Made by a program: the position numbers and the translations under genes. From positions 1-52,809 of the forward strand of contig CAINNR010000016.1 of assembly GCA_903851235.1 (NCBI GenBank): 52,809 nt of DNA, given 5' to 3'. The notes beneath the pieces are model-generated. The model did no database searches, was not told the DNA's origin, and saw only the letters and a program-made list of their open reading frames with translations. Position 1 is the first letter of the stretch; each line of letters opens with the position of its first letter. The DNA comes from an uncultured Candidatus Berkelbacteria bacterium. Its GTDB lineage: Bacteria > Patescibacteriota > UBA1384 > XYA2-FULL-43-10 > CAINNR01. This document shows positions 35,486 through 43,576 of this stretch, piece by piece.

Positions 35486-38383
35486 CTAATTGCTCTTGTT
35501 AGATTTTTTCGAAGAAAAATCCGTCAGATGTCCGAGCACTTTTCCGCCAGCGCGAAAGAGGAATTTGATGTCGTCGAAACTTCGAACGCCAACGATCTTT
35601 CGCCAGATAAATTTCGGCGTCACAAATGACTTGTATAAATCCTGCGTCAACTCTTTAATTTTCTCCTCGGTCAGCTCCGATTTCATGATAATTGTTCGCT
35701 GATCGTACTTGTCCCAATCCTCGGTCGTCAGCCAACCATTTTCCTGACACTGTTTGAACAACGGCGTGCCCGGGTAAGGAATTACGATTGTCGCTTGCAA
35801 AGTGTCAACAAAACCCTTATCAAATAATCGCTTTGAGAGGGCAACAGTTCTCTCGGCATCGGCAACCTTCTCCCAGGGATAGCCCATCATCGTGGTAATG
35901 TGCGGCTCAAGTCCACCGGCTTTGGCCATTTTGACACCTTTCTCGATCTCTTCAACCTTCAAGTTTTTATTGATGCGGTCCAGAGTTTTTTGATTGGCCG
36001 ATTCCAAACCGTAGAGGATGAAACGGAATCCGGCTTTGCCCATCAGATTATATTCCTCCTGATTCAACGATTTCAACCGCATATTGCAATCAAGTTTGAT
36101 TTTTTTGTTGTATCCGCGTTCAATCATACCGTCGCAAAATTCGCCCAACCACTCTCCGATCGGAAACGATCCGGAGTCATCCATAATCTCTCGAACCTGA
36201 TATTTTTCGATTAATTCGCCGATTTCATCCAGCACTCTCTTAACCGAATGTTTGCGATAATCTTTGCCCGGATAAAGCGTCGTCCAAGAGCAATTTTTCA
36301 CCGCTACAAAATTCGCCGTGTAGGAGTGATCATCATCAACGGTTAAATTATAAACATCTCCGGAATAAGCGCTTCTGATAATGTTTTTGACTGGTAATAG
36401 AGCATAATTATTAAAAATAAAGCCTTTTTGATAATGTTTTTGCTTGTGAGCAGATAGAGACGTCGGAAAGAATTTTTTAATGTCGTCGCCATATAGATGA
36501 ATAACATACGCTTGATTTTTTGTTTTTTTACCCGCTTTCGGTAAACGGAAACTGGCAATTATATTTTGGCGCAAAAGTAGATCGTAAACTTGGCGAGCAA
36601 GTTTTTCCGAAACTGTTGAAAAAATTAGTTCCCGACCACCATGAACTCTTTCTTTTCTGACATGACCGTCACCGCGAAAAAGACCAACCAACAATTGTTT
36701 TTGCTTGGAAAGCGACAAATGCATAAAACTTGCCGGCAATGATTTGTTAAGACTATTTGAACCGAAAAGCAATTCAAAAGCCCTGGCTAATATGGAAGAA
36801 CCCAAATAAAGCTGAGTCGTATTGTTAGCCTTGTTTTCACTTGCATTTAAAGACAGCCCAAAAATTTGCCCGAAGATCGTTTTTACGTCCTTTATATATT
36901 CTTTTTCTTTTTGAGAAAAGGTAAAACCCAGACAGGCAGAATTTGGTCTATTGCCACGTAGGCTAACATGTCCTTCAGCCAAATAGTAACCGAATAAACG
37001 CAAAGATTCGGCCGATAGTTCCATCTCTCTTGTTACGGACTTCTTGCCTGCCTCAAAACGAAAATCGCTCTTTGTCTCGATTAATGGATTTATTTTTATC
37101 GTCAATTCATCAGATTCAATCAAATCAAAGTAGCGCTTTACTGTTTCTCGGTCAATTTTTAATTCAATAGCTACCCTTCTTTGTGAAACACCATTTAGCC
37201 GCAAATTTTTAATCTTTTCAATTACCGACGGTGAGATTTTTCGTCTTGTTTTAAGCTTTATTTCGGCACTGCGAATAATTTCAGTCAAGTCCAGTGTTTT
37301 CATATCTTTGACTCGCCGATCAATTGGCAGGGAAAGATAATCGCCTGGAGAAATTTCCTCAGCCGGAACAGCGATAATCTCCGGTTTGGTTTTATTCTCC
37401 TGTCGACAAATATAAATCGGGTGATTTGAAGTTGCAAGAATCTTTTCAGCCAAATAATCGGCTTCAACAGTAATCACTGGACCAAGATATGCTCGGCGAT
37501 GCCAGTGGGTAATCTTTCGATACCTGCCCGTATGAGTAAGTACCTTTGCAGATTGCTTATTATTAACAATGTCTTCAATCGGAAAATAACCACTATCGGT
37601 AGTAATTTTGGCACCGGCGGGAAAGCAGAATGTGCATTTTCCCCACCAACAATCGCGGGCGGCAAAGGTGTAAGTTCCCGGCGTTCGTTTGTAATTGCCG
37701 TTTTTAAAGGCGTAGAGTTTCCACTTGGTCAGATCGCGATCGATCATCGGTAGTTCATCGAGGTGATGATTTAGGAGAAAATGTCCGGTATTTTTAATCT
37801 CTTCTTTCGATCGACTCCCATCCGAACTTTTTACTTTTTTCCGGTACCAGATTCCCGGTTCGAGTTGAACTTTGTGATTGTAAGAATTGGCGATATTGAG
37901 GGCGAGAAAATCGTAATCGCCGCCGGTGGCAATAACATCGACAAGTGAATTTTTCATCGACTCCATAGGCAGTGCGGTAACATGATCGCCGCAAAGAACT
38001 ATTTTGGTCTCCGGCAACTCGTCTTTTATAACCTCAATAACTTTCCAGTGCCGTTTAACAACCGGCGTTTTGGTTTCGAAGACAATAAGGTTCGGCTTAA
38101 ACTTTTTAATTCTCTCCAACCATTCGTCTTGCGATAATTCCTCGGCAATGCCATCATCCCACATTACGTCATAGCCCTGCGATTTTAGAAGTGACGCGGC
38201 ATAAGCCGGCACCATCGGATAGATGAAAGTCGGATTGGCAAACCACTGAAACTGACGATTCTGACCAAGACAGGGCGTCCCCTTTTCACTTGGCATCGGC
38301 GGATAAGAAATCGCAATCCGGAACTTGCTATTTTTCTCCCGCTGTTCTTTGGTCGGCTGTTTAATCTGAACTATTTTTTCCAT
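35486..38383 (-). CDS. B12-binding radical SAM protein (HpnJ-like) containing an intein
   Basis: AAGGA RBS and ATG 38383; B12-binding-like N-domain; C-WWGK-C-TF-[intein]-C motif; GLESANQ, PYPGTPL. Confidence 0.85.
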   Translation of the reverse strand: MEKIVQIKQPTKEQREKNSKFRIAISYPPMPSEKGTPCLGQNRQFQWFANPTFIYPMVPAYAASLLKSQGYDVMWDDGIAEELSQDEWLERIKKFKPNLIVFETKTPVVKRHWKVIEVIKDELPETKIVLCGDHVTALPMESMKNSLVDVIATGGDYDFLALNIANSYNHKVQLEPGIWYRKKVKSSDGSRSKEEIKNTGHFLLNHHLDELPMIDRDLTKWKLYAFKNGNYKRTPGTYTFAARDCWWGKCTFCFPAGAKITTDSGYFPIEDIVNNKQSAKVLTHTGRYRKITHWHRRAYLGPVITVEADYLAEKILATSNHPIYICRQENKTKPEIIAVPAEEISPGDYLSLPIDRRVKDMKTLDLTEIIRSAEIKLKTRRKISPSVIEKIKNLRLNGVSQRRVAIELKIDRETVKRYFDLIESDELTIKINPLIETKSDFRFEAGKKSVTREMELSAESLRLFGYYLAEGHVSLRGNRPNSACLGFTFSQKEKEYIKDVKTIFGQIFGLSLNASENKANNTTQLYLGSSILARAFELLFGSNSLNKSLPASFMHLSLSKQKQLLVGLFRGDGHVRKERVHGGRELIFSTVSEKLARQVYDLLLRQNIIASFRLPKAGKKTKNQAYVIHLYGDDIKKFFPTSLSAHKQKHYQKGFIFNNYALLPVKNIIRSAYSGDVYNLTVDDDHSYTANFVAVKNCSWTTLYPGKDYRKHSVKRVLDEIGELIEKYQVREIMDDSGSFPIGEWLGEFCDGMIERGYNKKIKLDCNMRLKSLNQEEYNLMGKAGFRFILYGLESANQKTLDRINKNLKVEEIEKGVKMAKAGGLEPHITTMMGYPWEKVADAERTVALSKRLFDKGFVDTLQATIVIPYPGTPLFKQCQENGWLTTEDWDKYDQRTIIMKSELTEEKIKELTQDLYKSFVTPKFIWRKIVGVRSFDDIKFLFRAGGKVLGHLTDFSSKKSNKSN
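36293..37627 (-). mobile_element. Intein (445 aa) with a LAGLIDADG homing endonuclease and an HTH insert
   Basis: Starts CFPAGAKITT; block B ATSNHP; LFGYYLAEG and LVGLFRGDG; ends VYNLTVDDDHSYTANFVAVKN followed by extein Cys. Confidence 0.9.
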
Positions 38384-38489
38384 ATATTCCTTGACAATTA
38401 TTATTTTATATGATATAAATACTTTGACTCTGAAGCTTGGTATTTTCAGAGTAGCAAAAAAAATCTCCAACAACAAGGAGGCGACGCAA

Positions 38490-39296
38490 GTGACAAGGCA
38501 AGCAACCCAGTACCACTTCGGAATTTCGCTGGCGTCGCTTATACCGCAGAATGTTTTCTTTCCGATCGAGGAGATTGTCGAAGCACTGGCAGAGCTCGGG
38601 TTTGAGTTTCTCCAGGGCGGACCGTTTCGCGGAGTCAGCGGTTATGAAAACTTCGCCATTCCGGTTAAATACAAAGAGCCGACTTGGAACGGAGTCGACA
38701 GTTTGTCCCAGGCGCTCTTCGGCCAGGGCGATGATTTCGAAAAGGCGGATCTCAAGGACTGGCTGGCCTTCCCGGAAACCTGGATTGCCGACCAGGTGTT
38801 CCATCGGCTGCCAGGCCGGGTTGTTTCTCACGAGTTTTCCGCCGGAGACAGACTGGTTGAACTAAATCCGAAAATCAAAATGACGGCGGAGAAAATCGTC
38901 GACAAGTGCCAACGCGAAGGTTACGACTTAGTGATCGACACCAAGCACATGTTCGAGGATAACGCCAAGTTTGATCCTCTCTTCGATAGAATGCCAAACC
39001 ACTTCGGCCGGACAGTAGATGAGAAGTTGGCAAAAATCCGGATCATCTCTCCAAGTGTTGACTTGCTTCACGTTAAGGCAACGGACGGCTTGGACCGAAG
39101 AATTCTCGACGAGTTTCTCCGGTCACCACACCGTCAACAGCTTGACGTCTTGGCAGAGTATCCGCCGATTGCCAGAGCGATGGACATTCCGAAAATGTTC
39201 GCCTCGGCAGGATTCCGTCAGCAAAAGAGAACCGAAGCGCTCGAATATGCCAGCCACTTTCTCCATAGACTAAAGAATATCTTCAACCAAAACTGA
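38490..39296 (+). CDS. Hypothetical protein, possibly TIM-barrel (xylose isomerase/AP endonuclease-like)
   Basis: AAGGAGG RBS before GTG 38490; LVELNP, VIDTKH and LLHVK could be metal ligands. Confidence 0.55.
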   Translation: MTRQATQYHFGISLASLIPQNVFFPIEEIVEALAELGFEFLQGGPFRGVSGYENFAIPVKYKEPTWNGVDSLSQALFGQGDDFEKADLKDWLAFPETWIADQVFHRLPGRVVSHEFSAGDRLVELNPKIKMTAEKIVDKCQREGYDLVIDTKHMFEDNAKFDPLFDRMPNHFGRTVDEKLAKIRIISPSVDLLHVKATDGLDRRILDEFLRSPHRQQLDVLAEYPPIARAMDIPKMFASAGFRQQKRTEALEYASHFLHRLKNIFNQN

Positions 39297-39328
39297 CCCC
39301 GCCCCTCCGGTGGGGTTTTTTATTTCAA
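39297..39328 (+). terminator. Terminator, also direct repeat copy 1 flanking ftsH
   Basis: ccccgcccctccggtggggttttttatttcaa; 30/33 identical to 41266-41298. Confidence 0.75.
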
Positions 39329-39483
39329 ATATCAAAAAACCTATCGTGCCGATTTTCGGATTCAAGGTCAAAAAGCTTGACAAGGCAACGATTTTTTGCT
39401 AAAAGTATGAAGTCCGCACAAACATGCGGAAGCAGCAAAAAAACTAAATAGGCCACCAGGCCATCGACAAGGAGCTGGTAGCA

Positions 39484-41256
39484 GTGTTCGATAATAAAAC
39501 ACCAAAGAGTGGTTATCTATTTCTCGCCGTTGTGATCGCCTTGACAATCACCTTGCACTATTTTTCACATTACATCGATCGAAAGAAAACCGAGAAAGTT
39601 CCGATTTCCAAGCTTTTTCAGGAAATTGACAGCAAAGACGTGACATCGATTACCATCGCCGACACCTTGATTTCATGGGAAACGAAAAACCAAGACCAAT
39701 TCATCTCGGTTGATGATCGACTCCATACTGACAAACTTGTTGCTACCATCGGCGGTTACAATAAGAGTAATCCTCCAATTACACTTGAGATCAAGAACGA
39801 AAGTCATTTCCCCTGGGTGGATATCCTCTTGGTCGCACTTATGGCTCTGATTGTATTGCCATCGCTTAATCGACATTTGATGCCGTTTCATGCCAAAAAA
39901 ACCAACGGTAAAACTGAAACTACATTCAATGACGTTGCCGGCATTGAGGAAGCAGTCGAGGAGGTTTCCGGCATAGTTGATTTCCTGAAAGATCCGGATA
40001 AGTATATTCAAATGGGGGCCAAGATGCCTAAAGGAGTGCTGCTTTTCGGACCTCCGGGATCCGGCAAAACACTTCTGGCCAGAGCTATCGCCGGTGAAGC
40101 CGGTGTAGCGTTTTTTTATCTCTCCGGCTCAGATTTTGTAGAAATATATGTCGGAGTCGGTGCCAAACGGATTAGGGATCTTTTTGCCGAAGCTAAGGCG
40201 GCTGGTAGGGCGATTGTCTTTGTTGATGAGATTGATGCTGTTGGTGCTCGGCGAGGCCTTGCGACCCACTCTGGTAACAGTGAAACCGACCAAACTCTAA
40301 ACGCCCTTCTTTCAGAAATGGATGGTTTCGGTGAAAACACCGGCGTCATTTTCATTGGCGCTACAAATCGTCCTGACGTTCTAGACCCGGCACTTCTCAG
40401 GCCCGGTCGCTTCGATCGACGAGTTATGGTTTCATTGCCTGACAACATTGGACGATTCGAAATTCTTCGACTCCATGCCAAAGCAATCCCGATGGGTCCC
40501 GATATCAGTCTTCAAAATCTGGCATCAACGACCGTTGGGATGTCAGGCGCCGAACTGACCAATATCTTGAACGAAGCAGCAATTATGGCGGTTGAAAACA
40601 GCAGAGGTTTTGTCACTAATCAGGATTTGGAGTTAGCTCGCGACAAACAGATCATGGGGAAACAACAAAAAAGTCGTCTGATTTCACTGGCGGACAGAAA
40701 GATTGCTGCCATCCATGAATCAGGACACGCTGTCGCACAGATTGTATTGGCTGGTAACGATCCGGTCCACAAAATATCGATTATCCCACAAGGTCACGCG
40801 CTGGGAGTGACGATGTTTATGCCGGAGCGGGATGTTTCTCTCTACACAAGAACAATGCTGCAGAACCAGATGACGACAATCCTTGCCGGTCGGGCAGCGG
40901 AGGAGTGTTTCTGTGATGACATCACTACCGGTGCCGAAAATGATCTAAAAAGGGCGACTGAAATCGCCCGGAGCATGATCGAGCGTTTCGGTATGAACTC
41001 CAGTATTGGTTTGATCGACTGCACAGCCACCGATGATTACGGCGTCTCGCTAATCAGCGATGTCACCGCCAAATCGGTAGACGATCAGATCAAATTAACT
41101 TTGGATGACGCCTATTCCACAGCTAGAAAGCTGCTCAAATCCAACGAAGAGCTCGTCAGGACGCTGGCAGATAGATTGGTTGAGATCGAAGTTCTAAATG
41201 CCGAGCAAATATACGCAATTGTCTATTCGGTCGGCATCAAACCATTTGCCAGTTGA
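39484..41256 (+). CDS. ftsH: ATP-dependent zinc metalloprotease FtsH (probably an accessory copy)
   Basis: Two TM helices; GPPGSGKT, VFVDEID, ATNRPDVLDPALLRPGRFDR, HESGH. Confidence 0.9.
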   Translation: MFDNKTPKSGYLFLAVVIALTITLHYFSHYIDRKKTEKVPISKLFQEIDSKDVTSITIADTLISWETKNQDQFISVDDRLHTDKLVATIGGYNKSNPPITLEIKNESHFPWVDILLVALMALIVLPSLNRHLMPFHAKKTNGKTETTFNDVAGIEEAVEEVSGIVDFLKDPDKYIQMGAKMPKGVLLFGPPGSGKTLLARAIAGEAGVAFFYLSGSDFVEIYVGVGAKRIRDLFAEAKAAGRAIVFVDEIDAVGARRGLATHSGNSETDQTLNALLSEMDGFGENTGVIFIGATNRPDVLDPALLRPGRFDRRVMVSLPDNIGRFEILRLHAKAIPMGPDISLQNLASTTVGMSGAELTNILNEAAIMAVENSRGFVTNQDLELARDKQIMGKQQKSRLISLADRKIAAIHESGHAVAQIVLAGNDPVHKISIIPQGHALGVTMFMPERDVSLYTRTMLQNQMTTILAGRAAEECFCDDITTGAENDLKRATEIARSMIERFGMNSSIGLIDCTATDDYGVSLISDVTAKSVDDQIKLTLDDAYSTARKLLKSNEELVRTLADRLVEIEVLNAEQIYAIVYSVGIKPFAS

Positions 41257-41265
41257 TTGCTTTTT

Positions 41266-41298
41266 CCCCACCCCGCCGGTGGGGATTTTTTATTTCAA
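41266..41298 (+). terminator. Terminator, also direct repeat copy 2; overlaps the hicA stop
   Basis: ccccaccccgccggtggggattttttatttcaa. Confidence 0.75.
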
Positions 41299-41515
41299 CT
41301 TGTCGAGATCCTCTTTATTAAGTCCGGCAATTTTAGAATATTATTTAGTGTTCCCGGCTTAATAAATTTGTGATTCGCTACAATAGCTATTTTTTATCAC
41401 CGTCGGTTTTTTCCAATTTTATCTGGCTACCTTTTTGCCCAACGATTTCAACCCCAAACTTAACCAACAGTTTTATTAAAACTTTGGCTGAGATTTGGGA
41501 GTACTTGGCGATCAT
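41290..41515 (-). pseudogene. hicA: HicA toxin pseudogene
   Basis: MIAKYSQISAKVLIKLLVKFGVEIVGQKGSQIKL, then frameshifts to IAIVANHKFIKPGTLNNILK; GSH is changed to GSQ. Confidence 0.75.
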
Positions 41516-41713
41516 TTATCGAACTCTAAGTTGCATTGGAACAACAAATTCTCTTTTGATTTCCGGAAGCGATTTTTTACCAACATACAGATCGGCAGCT
41601 TCCTGGATATTGCGCAATGCTTCCTCAAAGGTATCGCCGCCTGGCAACGACGGAACGGAAACGGAAAAACCGCCATCTTTTTCTTCCTGAAATAAAACGA
41701 AAATTTCTCTCAT
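41516..41713 (-). CDS. hicB: HicB-family antitoxin, possibly degenerate
   Basis: EEKDGGFSVSVPSLPG-GDTFEEALRNIQEA; lacks the usual ~4 residues between PG and GDT. Confidence 0.75.
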   Translation of the reverse strand: MREIFVLFQEEKDGGFSVSVPSLPGGDTFEEALRNIQEAADLYVGKKSLPEIKREFVVPMQLRVR

Positions 41714-41765
41714 GATTTGATATTATTAAAGCGCAAAACAAATGTAGGGCAAACTTTATCAGTCT

Positions 41766-41839
41766 AATTTTCGAACGATCAGGCCTTGGACGAAACGAAT
41801 GCCGTAGCAAACATGAGTTAGAAAAATCATCGGGATTGT
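41766..41839. repeat. 74-bp direct repeat (old 3' end of GT2 gene 42543-43529)
   Basis: 73/74 identical to 42553-42626. Confidence 0.95.
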
Positions 41840-41841
41840 GA

Positions 41842-42252
41842 TCAGTCCAAAACCTCTTCAAGAAATTTTGTCGGTGAGATTATTTCAATTTTTTTATACT
41901 TTTTCAAAGTCAGCAAATGACGATCACCGGAGATTATGAAATCGGCTTGAGCCAAATCGGCAATTGCCAAAAATTCATTATCCGACGGATCGGCCAAGAT
42001 AATTTCAGGAACTTTATCAGGCGAAATAAATATAAAATTTTCTCTGATACTGCATTCGACCAATTGAAGTTGTTCGGGAGAATATTTAAATTTTTTCTTC
42101 AAAACTCTCAACAACTCTCTCAAAGCATTCATGCTGGAATACGCTTCGAACATTTTCCCAAGAGTAACCAATTCGTAAATTATCTGCGGTTTTCCACCAA
42201 AAGTTAGAGCCGAAATGATAATATTTGTGTCAAGCACTATTTTTCGTTTCAT
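41842..42252 (-). CDS. PIN-domain toxin (PIN_3/VapC-like)
   Basis: IVLDTNIIISAL, DPSDNEFL, IISGDRHLL. Confidence 0.9.
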   Translation of the reverse strand: MKRKIVLDTNIIISALTFGGKPQIIYELVTLGKMFEAYSSMNALRELLRVLKKKFKYSPEQLQLVECSIRENFIFISPDKVPEIILADPSDNEFLAIADLAQADFIISGDRHLLTLKKYKKIEIISPTKFLEEVLD

Positions 42253-42481
42253 TGCGGGTTTCTTTTATCAAACGATTAACATCGGCTTTTTTTATCGCCA
42301 ATTTTTTTGCTTGACCTTTTCCATAGTCAAAAATTTCGCTTAACTCTTTTTGCTTGATTAAATAACCGCGCAGGGCTTCGCGAAAAAGCTCGCTTCGATT
42401 GCGACTTTCTTTCTTGGCAATCGCATCGGCTTCCCTCAGCAATTTTTTGCCAATTGAAATATTAATGATTGTTGTATCCAT
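42230..42481 (-). CDS. RHH/CopG antitoxin
   Basis: INISIGKKLLREADAIAKKESRNRSELFREALR. Confidence 0.85.
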   Translation of the reverse strand: MDTTIINISIGKKLLREADAIAKKESRNRSELFREALRGYLIKQKELSEIFDYGKGQAKKLAIKKADVNRLIKETRNETKNSA

Positions 42482-42542
42482 ATTCTCCTTTCAACATAAA
42501 CTATATATTATCTATATAACTTATGTCAACACTCAGACTGAG

Positions 42543-43529
42543 TTACCTCGCCAATTTTCGAACGATCAGGCCTTGGACGAAACGAATGCCGTAGCAAACA
42601 TGAGTTAGAAAGATCATCGGGATTGTCAGAATCCCAACCAGTGGGTTTTTGTAGCGCCAAGAGATGACGACGGCGTCAACGACAAGGCCGACGATGTAAA
42701 CCATAAGCGGGATGGCAGAGAATAGGAGTATGAAGTATGGAGTATGGAAGATAAATAAGGCAAAAATCAGCAAAATAAGGTACAGATCGAACAATGTTGG
42801 CGCGAAATAGCCGATTTTTAGTGAAGTTTTCGGATAGATTTTGGCGAAGTGTCCGCGGTGGAGTGCGTAGTTGCCGATCTGCTTGAAATGCTTGACCAGA
42901 TCGCTTCGGCGATGGTGATAAACGACTCCCTGCGGATCATAGATAATCTTATAGCCGGCGTTGATAATGTCAAGACAAAGTTTTGTGTCCTCGCCCGGCC
43001 AAAAAGCGCTATCAAAGCCACCGACCTGTTTGAATACATCGCGCCAAACCAGAAGATTAACTGTCGGCCAATCTTGCGTTTCGGACAGCGAACCGATCGG
43101 CAAATAGCGATTTCTGGTAAAACCGCCACCGACGTAGGACTCGAAAATCGCGCCGGAGACTTTTTGCAGAACTCCGTCGGAACTTGGAGTAATCGCCGGC
43201 CCGCCGACAGCGCCAACTTCGCCATGGCGAAAACTGCCAACCATTTTCTTAAGCCAATCAGCTTGAGGATAAGCATCATCATCCAAAAAGGCCAGGATTT
43301 TGCCGCTGGCATGTTTTAGGGCCAAATCACGTTTCTTCGCCGGTCCGACTTTCCCCGATGGAATAATTTTGGTTTTTGGCCAAGAGTGAACTTTATCTCT
43401 TTCATCCGGAAAGATAAGAATTTCAAAAGCCGGATAATCGAGCGCCAAAAGATAATCCATTGATTCATGGATGTAATCGTTGATCCGTTTGACCGGAATA
43501 ATAATTGAAACTTTTGGTCTCGACTTCAT
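42543..43529 (-). CDS. GT2 glycosyltransferase
   Basis: VSIIIPV, FLDDDAYP, GGFD...PGED; C-terminal TM helices. Confidence 0.9.
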   Translation of the reverse strand: MKSRPKVSIIIPVKRINDYIHESMDYLLALDYPAFEILIFPDERDKVHSWPKTKIIPSGKVGPAKKRDLALKHASGKILAFLDDDAYPQADWLKKMVGSFRHGEVGAVGGPAITPSSDGVLQKVSGAIFESYVGGGFTRNRYLPIGSLSETQDWPTVNLLVWRDVFKQVGGFDSAFWPGEDTKLCLDIINAGYKIIYDPQGVVYHHRRSDLVKHFKQIGNYALHRGHFAKIYPKTSLKIGYFAPTLFDLYLILLIFALFIFHTPYFILLFSAIPLMVYIVGLVVDAVVISWRYKNPLVGILTIPMIFLTHVCYGIRFVQGLIVRKLAR

Positions 43530-43576
43530 GTAGGCCGATACTAGCACAAATTACGACATCTGCAAATAGCAAGTTT

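Noticed and set aside
38391-38489. Overlapping N-terminal extensions of the radical SAM and 38391 ORFs, and likewise of wzx and rmlA at 46596-46788
   Set aside because: Better starts with RBS or -10 elements lie downstream; the extensions cover divergent promoter regions.
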